34,115 nt of DNA from Thermoplasmatales archaeon (GCA_023128855.1 JAGMDE010000001.1:1-34115); one strand, 5' to 3'. Counted from the stretch's first letter, positions 9,238 to 18,561 are shown. The notes: generated by a model not told the origin, from the sequence alone. Numbers and translations are program-made.

Positions 9238-9753
9238 ATGGTAAAAATAAAGAAAAGAAATGAAATTTTAAACGATGTAATTCGGGATGGCAAGAAATAT
9301 CCAAAAGATTGGAAAGCAGTTTTTGGAAAGGATGATAAGAATTTATCTAAAGACTATTACATTTTCAATCCAAATACCGGTATTTATTTGTTGAAAGAGT
9401 ATGAAAAAAATCCTTACGAGATCAAGGGCATAGGTGGAAAGATAGCTAGACATGTTGACGAACACATTGAAGCAGAAGTATCAAAATATGCTGGTGACTT
9501 TGGTATTATCCAAGGAGATTTCAGAAGGATTTTAAAGAATTTAGAAAAAGGAGTTGAACCAAAAAAAATCTTTGATGCTGCAATTGAAGGCAAAAAAAAT
9601 CTAGGTCTTAGCATGCCTGTTAGAGGTCATGCTTCTTCATCAAAAGATGTTTTTGAGAATATTCATAGTAATTATTCAACTAAACAGAAAAAAGTAGATA
9701 AAAAATTTGAAGAAATGGCCACTGAAGATGGGCTTTATAACTCATATGGATAA
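9238..9753 (+). CDS. hypothetical Lys-rich protein (171 aa)
   Basis: ORF track, with AAGGAA upstream. No recognised motif. The 3' end overlaps the trpS 3' end by 12 nt. Confidence 0.5.
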   Translation: MVKIKKRNEILNDVIRDGKKYPKDWKAVFGKDDKNLSKDYYIFNPNTGIYLLKEYEKNPYEIKGIGGKIARHVDEHIEAEVSKYAGDFGIIQGDFRRILKNLEKGVEPKKIFDAAIEGKKNLGLSMPVRGHASSSKDVFENIHSNYSTKQKKVDKKFEEMATEDGLYNSYG

Positions 9754-11061
9754 GTATTTCTTTATTTTACCCTCTGCAGCTTTTCTTTTTTCTTGGATGT
9801 CCAAAAGTAGTTTTTCCATTAGTTGTGCGGCATATTTTTTACATTCACCACACATTTGTTTACCATTTTTACAAGATGTGTAAATATCATATAATTCTTT
9901 GTCATCTTCTATAAGATGGTATAAGAATAACTCATAAACTACGCATTCGTCTGGTTTCCCACCATGTTTCTTTTGTTCTTCTAGTGTTACTGCTCCTCCT
10001 GTCTTTGAATGCATGATTTTCTTTGTTGCATCTTTAGGTGTATCTGTCAGAAAGATTGCGCTTTCTGGTTTTGAAGAGGACATTTTATCGCCTGTAAGTC
10101 CTGTTATAAAACGATGAAACGTGGCTGATGGTGGTAAGAATCCATAGCCTCCCAATTTTGTCTCTGTTTTTGCCAACGCAATATCTATTTTTTGGATATC
10201 TTCTTTTGTAGCATCTTCGATGTAGATAGCTTTGTAATCAGTGATTCTTTTCAATTTGTTGAACTTAAGTGATTTCAATGTCTTTTCTGCGTTGTCTAAC
10301 AGTTTGCTAACATCTTTATCAACTTTTACAAAAACACCAATTTTTTTGTCTTTTGTAACTGTAACATTAAATAATCGATGCGCTTGTGAGATATCTCGAC
10401 TAAGTCTAATATGCGGGTCTTGATCGACTCCAACTGGAACTAATGTTGGTCGGTTTCCTCCATATTTTTTTAGTTGAACATGAAGTATATCTCCTGTTTG
10501 GATTAGTGGTGAAAAAACATGTGCCATGTTACACGATCCATTAAATCCATAGGTTGCCTGCATTTGTGACCAGTTAACCTTTTTACCTAAAATATAAGCC
10601 AAGTCTTTTACATCTTCATTTTTAGATTGAAAATATATTCTGCATTTTTCTGGTTTTAAACCTAATGCAATATAACTTGGAATGTACTCCTTTAATGCAT
10701 ATTCTTTTGTTTGTTCTAACGTATGGCCTCGTGTTGCAAATGCTTCTATGTCAGCTATGGCTATGTTTATATCTGCACCTATACTCTGATAGTAAATGAC
10801 TTCATCGATAACCATTTTATGTCCCAAATGCATCTTTCCAGAGGGCATTAATCCTGTAAGTATTGCCCATGGTTTCTTTTTAGCTACTGCATCTTGAATA
10901 AGTTGAAATCCTCTATGGCCAAAAACTATGCCTCTGCGTAATAGTTTATGTGGGTTTGGTAAATCTTTCCAGGTTTTATTTGAAAATTCTTCTATTCCAA
11001 ACTCATCTCGTAGTTTTGTATAATCTTGATAGGTTGTTGAACTCCAGGGATCAATTTTCAT
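9742..11061 (-). CDS. trpS: tryptophanyl-tRNA synthetase, archaeal/eukaryal type
   Basis: N-terminal DPWSS..YTKLRDEFGIEEF, class-I HIGH-like motif PSGKMHLGH, VGVDQDPHIRLSRD, and KMSKS-like KMSSSKP. See the findings for the apparent insertion and the C-terminal Cys cluster. Confidence 0.9.
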   Translation of the reverse strand: MKIDPWSSTTYQDYTKLRDEFGIEEFSNKTWKDLPNPHKLLRRGIVFGHRGFQLIQDAVAKKKPWAILTGLMPSGKMHLGHKMVIDEVIYYQSIGADINIAIADIEAFATRGHTLEQTKEYALKEYIPSYIALGLKPEKCRIYFQSKNEDVKDLAYILGKKVNWSQMQATYGFNGSCNMAHVFSPLIQTGDILHVQLKKYGGNRPTLVPVGVDQDPHIRLSRDISQAHRLFNVTVTKDKKIGVFVKVDKDVSKLLDNAEKTLKSLKFNKLKRITDYKAIYIEDATKEDIQKIDIALAKTETKLGGYGFLPPSATFHRFITGLTGDKMSSSKPESAIFLTDTPKDATKKIMHSKTGGAVTLEEQKKHGGKPDECVVYELFLYHLIEDDKELYDIYTSCKNGKQMCGECKKYAAQLMEKLLLDIQEKRKAAEGKIKKYLSI

Positions 11062-11120
11062 TAAAATCCACTATCTTAAAACAAACTTCGTTTCAAAAAC
11101 TTAACGTTATTTAAAATTTA

Positions 11121-11175
11121 GCGCTGAGGAGAAGATTTAGGCTCGTATTTACTAGTAAAAAATCTCCTTTTCACC
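11121..11175. repeat. partial copy (locus A) of the X repeat module seen at 29311-29469 and 33013-33174
   Basis: gcgctgaggagaagatttaggctcgtatttactagtaaaaaatctcctttt aligns with cgctgaggaggagatattagcgtgtatttaccggtaaaaaaataatgttttctcct. It includes the palindrome TTTACTAGTAAA (11148-11159). Confidence 0.6.
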
Positions 11176-11257
11176 TTAGATTTCTTTCTGTTCAATCATC
11201 CTTGCATATATCAGACAAAAGAGATTTGAAAGGTTCCTAAGGATTGTTGGCTCTTTA

Positions 11258-11283
11258 CCACTATATCAGGATTCGAACATAAA
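11258..11283 (-). other. tRNA T-arm/acceptor-like fragment (not an intact tRNA)
   Basis: The minus strand reads TTTATGTTCGAATCCTGATATAGTGG, with the GTTCGAATC T-loop signature. The T-stem has one mismatch, and I could not build an upstream D or anticodon arm. Confidence 0.5.
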
Positions 11284-11414
11284 TATATAATTGCTAAAAG
11301 ATATTTCAATCATGTGGCGTTATGAAAATAGATCCTACCTAAATTTGGAGAAGATTCAAATTTTTTTAAATTAACCAAAGTTACTTATCCTTTTTTTAAA
11401 TATCATGCTCGGAA

Positions 11415-12797
11415 ATGAAAGTTGTTCTAACAACATCCCCAACAAGAATTAAAGGAACAAAAGTTCAACCATTAGGTTTAGCTTATCTTGCAGCATCTGC
11501 TGAACAAGCTGGACATAAGATAAAAATAATTGATGCAATGATTATGAATTACAGTTTTGAAGACATCCATAAAGAAATCGCACATTTCGACCCGGATGTG
11601 CTTGGAGCAACCTCTTGGACACAAAATATTTACGATGTCCTAAAAATAATTAAAAGATCTAAGGAAAATAATCCTAATTGTATCAGCATTCTTGGTGGTT
11701 CGCATTCATCACTTATGGCAAAAGATATTCTAAACGAAAATGAATTTGTTGATATAATTGTCAGAGGGGAAGGTGAAAAAACATTTGTAGAAATTCTTGA
11801 AAAAATTGAAAAAAACCAAGATTATTCAGTTGTTGATGGAATCACCTTTAGAAATAATGGAAAAGTAATTGAAAATAAAAATAGAGAAAACATAAAAGAT
11901 TTAGATATTTTGCCTCTTCCAGCATATCATCTTCTCCCAATGAAAGAGTATACTGTTAAGTATAGGCCATTTGACTATGAAATGGTGGGTGATTTAGGGG
12001 ATCAATACTGTGCTATTTCTACATGTAGAGGATGCCCTTACAACTGTATTTTTTGCTCATCTCGAGCTTTATGGGGAAGAAATTGGAGGGCAAGAAGTGC
12101 ACAAAATGTCATTGAAGAAATCAAGATTTTAAATGATAAATACAAGGTAAAGGTAATTGACTTTATGGATGATACTGGTACGATAGACAAAAAACGGATT
12201 TTAAAAATATGCAAATTAATTAAAAAAGAAAATTTTGATGTTTTATGGACTGCAGGTACAAGAGTAGATCTTTTTGATAAAGAAATTGCAAAATCCTTTA
12301 AAACAGCAGGATGTAGCTTAGCAAGGCTCGCTCCTGAATCAGGAAATCAACGTTCCCTTGATTTTTTACAAAAAAGTTTCACAATAGAAGATGTTAAAAG
12401 AGCTATAAAAATCGCAAAAGATGCAGAATTGAATACTAGTGGAAATTTCATAATTGGAATTCCTGGTGAAAACAGAAAAATGATTAACCAAACAATCAGC
12501 TTTGCTAAAAAACTTAACCTAACTCATACAACTTTTTCAATTTTAGATCCACTTCCCGGAACAAAAATTTATGATATTGCCGTACAAAATAATCTCTTAT
12601 TAACAAAAGATTGGTCAAAATATACACCAATGCATTCTGTTTTAAAGCTAAAAAACTTCAACCCGAAAGAACTAGAAAAGCTTTTAATAAAAGCTTTTCT
12701 AATTTGCTGTTGGATCAATCCAAGAAAGTCCCCCAAAATATTGAAAAGAGATCTAATTCAGCTATTAAAATTCAAAAAACGTCATTTGAATGTTTGA
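11415..12797 (+). CDS. cobalamin(B12)-binding-domain radical SAM enzyme (class B)
   Basis: The N-terminal Rossmann-like B12-binding region (KVVLTTSP...LGLAYLAASAEQAGHKIKIID...ILGGSHSS) is followed by the radical SAM cluster motif CRGCPYNCIFC (CxxxCxxC). A TATA-like TTTTAAATAT lies ~15-20 nt upstream of the ATG. Confidence 0.9.
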   Translation: MKVVLTTSPTRIKGTKVQPLGLAYLAASAEQAGHKIKIIDAMIMNYSFEDIHKEIAHFDPDVLGATSWTQNIYDVLKIIKRSKENNPNCISILGGSHSSLMAKDILNENEFVDIIVRGEGEKTFVEILEKIEKNQDYSVVDGITFRNNGKVIENKNRENIKDLDILPLPAYHLLPMKEYTVKYRPFDYEMVGDLGDQYCAISTCRGCPYNCIFCSSRALWGRNWRARSAQNVIEEIKILNDKYKVKVIDFMDDTGTIDKKRILKICKLIKKENFDVLWTAGTRVDLFDKEIAKSFKTAGCSLARLAPESGNQRSLDFLQKSFTIEDVKRAIKIAKDAELNTSGNFIIGIPGENRKMINQTISFAKKLNLTHTTFSILDPLPGTKIYDIAVQNNLLLTKDWSKYTPMHSVLKLKNFNPKELEKLLIKAFLICCWINPRKSPKILKRDLIQLLKFKKRHLNV

Positions 12798-14599
12798 TCG
12801 ATATGATAAAATAAATCCTTATACATTTGTACAGCATGATATTCAGCATGTTCAATGTCAAATGGATTTTCTGATAAATCAAATCTTATCTTTGAATTAT
12901 TTTCAATAGATTTTTCTATAAGTTCAATAAACATTTTATAAAAGTTAGGATTATATTTTGTTAGAGATAAAGATTTGAAAAATGATGAGTCTATATTTGG
13001 TTTAAATTTTAAGTCTAACAAAGCCTGAAAATATTTTTTTGCATCTATAGGTTTGTTAATAGCCATATATAAGAATGGTAGAATGTGAAATAAATTTATT
13101 AGTTGACTACAATTTCCTCTATTCACATAAAAGTTATAGTAGTAAAGATCAGTTGATAAATATTTTTCTAGATTTTCAATTAAAGCTCTTATTTGATTTT
13201 TATTTTTAATCCAATTATCGTCTTTTATATAGTTGTAAAAGTCTTTTATGCCATAAAGATAGTTAATTCTTTCCTGAAAACCATTAATTTTTACAATTTT
13301 TTTAATAAAAAGATCAATATCAGTAGAAACAGAAGGAATAACTACTCTAACTGTAGGAAATTGTAAGATTTTATGAGTATAGTCTACCACCTGTAAATCC
13401 CATTTATTTTTTTTACAAATATCAGTAATTCTCTTAACATCATCAAAACTGTCGTTATTTTCCACACTATTTAAAGTATCAAAATCAATAATTTTCCCCT
13501 TCTCTAAAAAAGAAAGATTTCCATAGAAATCATAATATCTGGTAAAGTATTTGTAAGGTTTATCTACACCAAAATACTCTTTTCCAAGTTTTTTTACCCA
13601 AATATCATATAAAACTTTAGCGGCCTTTTGTTCAAAAACTTCTTTTCTATCTAAGTGAACAGTTTGAAAATATTCTACGAAACATCTCATTATAGCTTCA
13701 TGCAGATTGATATGAGCGCCTGCATTTACTCTTTTATAATTCCGTTCTTTTATCAATTTATTACTGCTATTTTTCAAGTTCTTATTTATAAATAAAACTC
13801 CTATAACAGGTAGACCTTTTGCTAAGGAAAAGTCCTTAATTATTACATCGATATTTAAAGAATCAAAAAGCTTAATGCAATCAAGTATTTGTTTGTTTTT
13901 TATGGATTCTGGATCGATAGTTGAGCTTTGAGTTTTTTCTGAAAATAATCTACTTGCAGCATAACGTTCAAAAATCTCAAAGGATGCTTGTGCGATGGCT
14001 TCTTCATGGGTATTACCTGCAGCTATACCATTTGATAAACTAATTAGTTCAACTAAATGTATCGGAAGTTTGATATATTTTTCATCCACAATTGAATAAG
14101 CATCTACTATGCAATCCATAAACCCTTCGTTTTTATATAATTCAAATGTTTCTTTAGTCAAATTCTCTTGAAAAAATGTATTAACGTATTGAAAATTAGT
14201 GCATAAACTATTGACCTCTTTTGAAAACCCTTTCAAAAAGTTTCTACTATTAACATTTTTTAATATTTTTTCATATTCCTCAGCATTTTCAGATAATGGA
14301 ATTTTTATCTCTAAAAAACATGCAGAAAACCTTTCAGCAAGCTCAGCATATGCACTTGCTTTAGCAAGATTGCTAGAAAAGCCTTTTCCATGTTGAGCCC
14401 ACCCCAATATATCTATTAAAGCACTTCCAACAAATATTTTAAAGTCTGAAGAGCTTATATTATCTTCTTTATAATTAATATCAAAACCAATTTTTTTAAA
14501 ACCATTTTTTATTCTTTTTATTGTATTTTTAGGAACATCACATTTATAATTTTGATATATTTTTGGAGACTGAGAAAGTTTCATTAAAACCATTATCAA
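12782..14599 (-). CDS. YcaO-domain protein (ATP-dependent amide backbone-activating enzyme family) with an uncharacterised ~270-aa C-terminal extension
   Basis: YcaO-type motifs GKGFSSNLAKASAYAELAERFSA and SNGIAAGNTHEEAIAQASFEIFERYA. Its 3' end overlaps the radical SAM gene by 16 nt (convergent). Confidence 0.85.
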   Translation of the reverse strand: MIMVLMKLSQSPKIYQNYKCDVPKNTIKRIKNGFKKIGFDINYKEDNISSSDFKIFVGSALIDILGWAQHGKGFSSNLAKASAYAELAERFSACFLEIKIPLSENAEEYEKILKNVNSRNFLKGFSKEVNSLCTNFQYVNTFFQENLTKETFELYKNEGFMDCIVDAYSIVDEKYIKLPIHLVELISLSNGIAAGNTHEEAIAQASFEIFERYAASRLFSEKTQSSTIDPESIKNKQILDCIKLFDSLNIDVIIKDFSLAKGLPVIGVLFINKNLKNSSNKLIKERNYKRVNAGAHINLHEAIMRCFVEYFQTVHLDRKEVFEQKAAKVLYDIWVKKLGKEYFGVDKPYKYFTRYYDFYGNLSFLEKGKIIDFDTLNSVENNDSFDDVKRITDICKKNKWDLQVVDYTHKILQFPTVRVVIPSVSTDIDLFIKKIVKINGFQERINYLYGIKDFYNYIKDDNWIKNKNQIRALIENLEKYLSTDLYYYNFYVNRGNCSQLINLFHILPFLYMAINKPIDAKKYFQALLDLKFKPNIDSSFFKSLSLTKYNPNFYKMFIELIEKSIENNSKIRFDLSENPFDIEHAEYHAVQMYKDLFYHIDQTFK

Positions 14600-14720
14600 G
14601 AATAAAATTCTGGGTTAAAAATGTTGATATTTTATTAAACCTTAATAAAATAATGATCGTTTTTCCAATTTCAATTGATATTAAGCTAGATTAAATAAAT
14701 ATTTAGAATTATATAAACAG

Positions 14721-14860
14721 TAGATGCTAAGGTAAAAAAATGAGAAAGAAACAACGTTCAACAGGAGGGAATTAGCCAAAAGGACTGAACGGTTTTTGAC
14801 ATGTTTGCAGATATAAATCTGAGAAAGAAAGAGATTTTGTTTTAATAAAATATTAATTTT
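14721..14860. repeat. orphan copy of the intergenic Q/P repeat module (compare 20061-20215)
   Basis: tagatgctaaggtaaaaaaatgagaaagaa...aaaaggactgaacggtttttgacatgtttgcagatataaatctgagaaagaaagag aligns closely by eye with gtagttgctaaggtaaaaaatgaggaagaa...aaaaggactaaacggtttttgacatgtttgcttatgtgaatctgcgaaggaatgatg. Here no plus-strand gene follows it. Confidence 0.6.
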
Positions 14861-14891
14861 AAAAAATAGAAAGAAAAAAAGAGATGAACTA

Positions 14892-17297
14892 CTAATATTG
14901 TAGTCCTAATCGTAGTAGTAAACGTTGTAGTATTGGGAACGCATTTGGAAACCGCTCTAAGAGTCTCATGAAGAATGTATAGGGTATTAGTTTACTTCTT
15001 GGCATTGTGACTTCTAATGGATTTGACCAAGGACTCTCTGCACCATAATCATCTTTAACTCTACAATATAAAGTATAAGTTCCTTCCTTCTCCCATTTAT
15101 GAGATGCACTAGCAGTTTCACCAGAAGGAATCGGACCAATATATGTATTTGACCCATCTTTCCAATTGAAATCATATGTTAATTCATCACTCTCAACATC
15201 AGTAGTACAACTGGTATAAGTATATGTTTCCCCAACCGTTCCCTTTGTTGGACCATCAAAAGAGGGTTTAAATGGAGGATTGCCCACGCTATTCACAATA
15301 ATGGATTTCGCATCAGAAATCGGACTTAAAGCGCCATGCTCATCTTGAGCTATCACACGACATTGATATGTTTTATGTTCATAATCATACCAATTCCAAA
15401 TAAGCTCATATGTCTCACCAGAATTATAGAGCGTACCAAATGGTTCCATATAATCTTTCCCAAAGACGATCACATAACATAATTTATCAGAATCAGGATC
15501 TGTTGCAGAAGTAGAATATGTATAATCATGCCATTCTCTAGCATAATTTGGAGCATTAAGTGTACTAGTTTTAGATGGAGCTGTATTTAAAACTCCCATA
15601 GAGGTAATAAGTTCTCCTTCATATTCATCCAAGAGGACAGGATGAAAATCATTATCTGTAAAATAATCGAGATAATCAAGCACCATTGGTTCAGCGTAAT
15701 TAAATAACTCTTCTGCGGTTATGTCATCATCAGCGTTATTATCAGCAGCTCCATATAATCCTGAACAGATATATTGTGTAAATAAGCCTCCATTGTACCC
15801 AAGAATGTTATGAGATATTGTTGTTTCATCTGATCGACATGCCATAAGTATTACCCTGTTATCGCCAGCAAGAGTTTGAGCAAACTTTTCAGCCCATTCA
15901 TCATGATACATACCATATCCATCAGGCATTCCACCACTATGACAACAATCAAGAATTACAATTAATGATCCCTCAAACCTCTCTAAATCTTCTGCAAATT
16001 CATAATCCCACCATTTTTCATCATTAAATAATACCATCCATTGATTTGTTCCATCATCACCACCATGGCCACTAAAATAAATCAAAGAGACATCATTAGA
16101 ATCCTCATTATCATCTAACCATCCAAGAGCATCATCGCGAATAGCAGATTTTGTACATTGACTTTTTTTCAAAATTTCCATCTGAGAATCAGAAAACCAG
16201 TTTGCTCCAAACATCAAGGCATCCTTAATATGATCAACATCAAGGTCAGAACCAAGGCTCTCGTCAACACCGATAAGGACACTATTATAATTTATATCCC
16301 CCATGTTATAAACATATACATTCACAGTATCGTTATCAGAATAAAGTTCTCTATCAAAACTTCTTGCATAGATAGTATATCGCCCATTTGGAAGACCTGT
16401 AGTATCCCATTCATATGTCCAAGATGTTGTACCAGTTGCTGTCTCCCAATTGCCAAGAAGATCTATTTTAACTTCAACATATTCAAGGTTTCCCTCAGGG
16501 TCATTAGCATTCCCAGTGATTGTTATTGTCCCACTTACTGTTTGTCCTTCCACGGGATAGGTTATTTCAACAGTTGGCAGTTGATTTCCATACTGGGTTA
16601 TCCAGAAATCATCAATATAAAAGTCTTGAGTGGCCAATCGAAAGGCCTCTATATGCCAAATTTCTATACCTATCTCCACCGGGTGTCTAAATCCTCCAAC
16701 AGCGTCAATAGAATCGTCATGAAATAAATGTACTTCATCTGCAGTTATCGTAAATTCCTCTTCAATCCACCTAGTTGTTGATGGATCAATATGTGGAACG
16801 AATTCTTGAAAAACATTACCATCGTGCCATCGAATCTGTCCAGTCCTTCTATGAATATTAACAACGCCACCGGTACCATGCTCCGTAAAGTCTTCATAAA
16901 TTGTTGCTTGCATACTTAAATCTGGTGAATATATTCTATAATGAATAACATAACTCCCAGGTGGTCCAAAATACATTTGACGCAAGCTGCAATATTTGTC
17001 TGGATCTGCACTTGAACCATGAATCTTCATTACCATATTATCTGGGTCTAAGGGATCAATACATGCCTCAATGTATTGATTTTCAGTTATCCCGTCTGTT
17101 GACCATCCTCTTTCTGCTTTAGGTGATTCACCAACATTGTAATCATCGAAATCATCATACCTTATGTAAGTTCTTAATTGGTTACTGGTGGTTGTAATTT
17201 TTCCAATATCCCCACTAATACTTGGTAAAATACTTGCTCCAAGGAATAGGATTATTATTCCTATTACCAATCCTTTTCTAAAAACATTTTTTGTCAT
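14892..17297 (-). CDS. large secreted clan-CD (caspase/legumain-like) cysteine peptidase with Ig-like and PKD-like domains
   Basis: N-terminal signal/anchor (GLVIGIIILFLGASILPSISG). His-Gly and Cys catalytic dyad context (LIYFSGHGGDDG ... LIVILDCCHSGGM). An Ig-like module (TVEITYPVEGQTVSGTITITGNANDPEGNLEYVEVKI) and two C-terminal PKD-like units (..CRVIAQDEHGALSPISD.., ..YCRVKDDYGAESPWSNPLEV). GGGAGAGGT SD upstream. Confidence 0.8.
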   Translation of the reverse strand: MTKNVFRKGLVIGIIILFLGASILPSISGDIGKITTTSNQLRTYIRYDDFDDYNVGESPKAERGWSTDGITENQYIEACIDPLDPDNMVMKIHGSSADPDKYCSLRQMYFGPPGSYVIHYRIYSPDLSMQATIYEDFTEHGTGGVVNIHRRTGQIRWHDGNVFQEFVPHIDPSTTRWIEEEFTITADEVHLFHDDSIDAVGGFRHPVEIGIEIWHIEAFRLATQDFYIDDFWITQYGNQLPTVEITYPVEGQTVSGTITITGNANDPEGNLEYVEVKIDLLGNWETATGTTSWTYEWDTTGLPNGRYTIYARSFDRELYSDNDTVNVYVYNMGDINYNSVLIGVDESLGSDLDVDHIKDALMFGANWFSDSQMEILKKSQCTKSAIRDDALGWLDDNEDSNDVSLIYFSGHGGDDGTNQWMVLFNDEKWWDYEFAEDLERFEGSLIVILDCCHSGGMPDGYGMYHDEWAEKFAQTLAGDNRVILMACRSDETTISHNILGYNGGLFTQYICSGLYGAADNNADDDITAEELFNYAEPMVLDYLDYFTDNDFHPVLLDEYEGELITSMGVLNTAPSKTSTLNAPNYAREWHDYTYSTSATDPDSDKLCYVIVFGKDYMEPFGTLYNSGETYELIWNWYDYEHKTYQCRVIAQDEHGALSPISDAKSIIVNSVGNPPFKPSFDGPTKGTVGETYTYTSCTTDVESDELTYDFNWKDGSNTYIGPIPSGETASASHKWEKEGTYTLYCRVKDDYGAESPWSNPLEVTMPRSKLIPYTFFMRLLERFPNAFPILQRLLLRLGLQY

Positions 17298-17515
17298 ATG
17301 TTTCTACCTCTCCCTAATTATAAAATTAGCGTGATTGTAATATATTATTCTGTTTTAAATGTATTCATAACAATTGTTAAACGTAACAAAATGTTATAAA
17401 AAACCCTGGGTTTTTTGCATTCTGATTTCATTTACTTCAGTTTAGGCATCAACCTAAAACTCTCTCCAAAAATGTTAATATTTAAACATAGATTATTTGG
17501 AATAAATGGTGTATT

Positions 17516-17680
17516 ATGGAAGTTCGTGCTTGTCCAAGTTGTGGGAGTAAAAATATTTTTAGTTATCTCTCTGTAATTGGTATGAATTATCTTTGTAAAG
17601 ATTGTGGATTTCAGGGTGTTCCTTTTATTTTTGATTCTGAGGAGGATTATCAGGTGTTTCTTGATGAATTGATAAAATAA
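17516..17680 (+). CDS. zinc-ribbon micro-protein (54 aa)
   Basis: Own translation: MEVRACPSCGSKNIFSYLSVIGMNYLCKDCGFQGVPFIFDSEEDYQVFLDELIK (CPxCG...CxxCG). It is the first ORF of cassette unit 1. It is under 60 aa, so it is not in the track. Confidence 0.5.
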   Translation: MEVRACPSCGSKNIFSYLSVIGMNYLCKDCGFQGVPFIFDSEEDYQVFLDELIK

Positions 17681-17809
17681 TCATGTGATTTTTTATACTG
17701 ATTTCATTTCAACTATTGAAATTTTTAAATGTTATAAATTATTTGTTATATAAAAAGAATTTTAAATGAACACATATTACAATTTTTAGTTGAGGGAGGT
17801 TAAAATCTT

Positions 17810-18538
17810 ATGGATAATTTGGAAAAAATTCAACAAACACAGAATTCTGGACAAAATATGCCAAATCAGCCACCAGGTTATGTTCAACAGGGTGATCAAC
17901 ATAGCTATTATCATGGTCCTTCAATTGGCAGTTTATTGGTAAAAAGCCGTTTATCCAAGATAGGACTTGTTCTAATTATATTATCAGTAATTGGGCTGAT
18001 AATATCATATGCGGTCCCATGGGGTTATGTAGACGCAGATGGCATAGATGAAAGAATGTTTGGTCATGATTTAGAAAATAAAGATGGACAAGATTTAGCA
18101 TCTATTTTAGGTTCTGGTAGCTCTTCTTCTTTTGAGGATACCACTTATGATGACTACATTGAAGGTACTCCTGTTTTAGCTGATATTGGATTTTTATTAT
18201 TGTTAGTCTTTGGGATTGTTATATTAATCCTTGGGCTTATGGAGTCAAACCAAAATATTATGAAATCATTGCTTTCATTCATTGGATTTATTATTGGTGT
18301 TATAGCTCTTATCCCTAGTCTATGGACTTTAATTGCTGGTATAAGATTTATTGGATATAATATATATATTGCATTAAATGGGGACATATATTCTGATAAG
18401 TTTATTGTTTTTCCAGCAGCCTATATAATTCTTACTTTCGGTTTTCTATGTTTTATTGCAGTGATATTATTAATAAAGGGAAAGAATAAATTGTTAAATA
18501 TGGGTATTTTTCAAAATCCTGTCTCTTCTCGGATGTGA
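17810..18538 (+). CDS. polytopic membrane protein with Q/P-rich N-terminus
   Basis: GAGGGAGG SD. A TM helix, a ~60-aa loop (VPWGYVDADG...), then three TM helices. Distant paralog of 18562..19314. Confidence 0.75.
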   Translation: MDNLEKIQQTQNSGQNMPNQPPGYVQQGDQHSYYHGPSIGSLLVKSRLSKIGLVLIILSVIGLIISYAVPWGYVDADGIDERMFGHDLENKDGQDLASILGSGSSSSFEDTTYDDYIEGTPVLADIGFLLLLVFGIVILILGLMESNQNIMKSLLSFIGFIIGVIALIPSLWTLIAGIRFIGYNIYIALNGDIYSDKFIVFPAAYIILTFGFLCFIAVILLIKGKNKLLNMGIFQNPVSSRM

Positions 18539-18561
18539 TATATTAAAGGAGGAAAAAAACA

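Noticed and set aside
9164-9304. N-terminal 47-residue extension of the CBS protein (track start 9304).
   Set aside because: It is a hydrophobic, aromatic junk-like sequence that overlaps the divergent gene start at 9238. The CBS pair begins right after the GTG at 9163 or the ATG at 9145.
14739-14774. Short ORFs inside the Q repeat (MRKKQRSTGGN at 14739; MRKNESLTGEKMVKGLNGF at ~20080) as candidate YcaO/rSAM precursor peptides.
   Set aside because: The two repeat copies do not preserve the reading frame or the stop position, so the conservation is at the DNA level. The second copy is far from the YcaO gene.
16158-16727. Antisense or alternative-frame track ORFs inside long genes: 1592..1810, 2852..3595 (set of four), 8179..8370, 9006..9191, 9414..9614, 10241..10423, 12611..12814, 14199..14396, 16158..16727, 18154..18387, 18759..18974, 24321..24512, 27297..27729, 28580..28831, 29738..29947, 30341..32847 (set).
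   Set aside because: Each lies within a longer ORF that has clear family motifs, on the opposite strand or in another frame. This is typical of shadow ORFs in AT-rich DNA.
14861-17445. Invertible (phase-variable) segment carrying the clan-CD peptidase gene between an orphan promoter module and a boundary core.
   Set aside because: I could not find inverted repeats flanking the gene (compare 14861-14895 with 17298-17445). The gene also has its own cassette-like leader in the current orientation.
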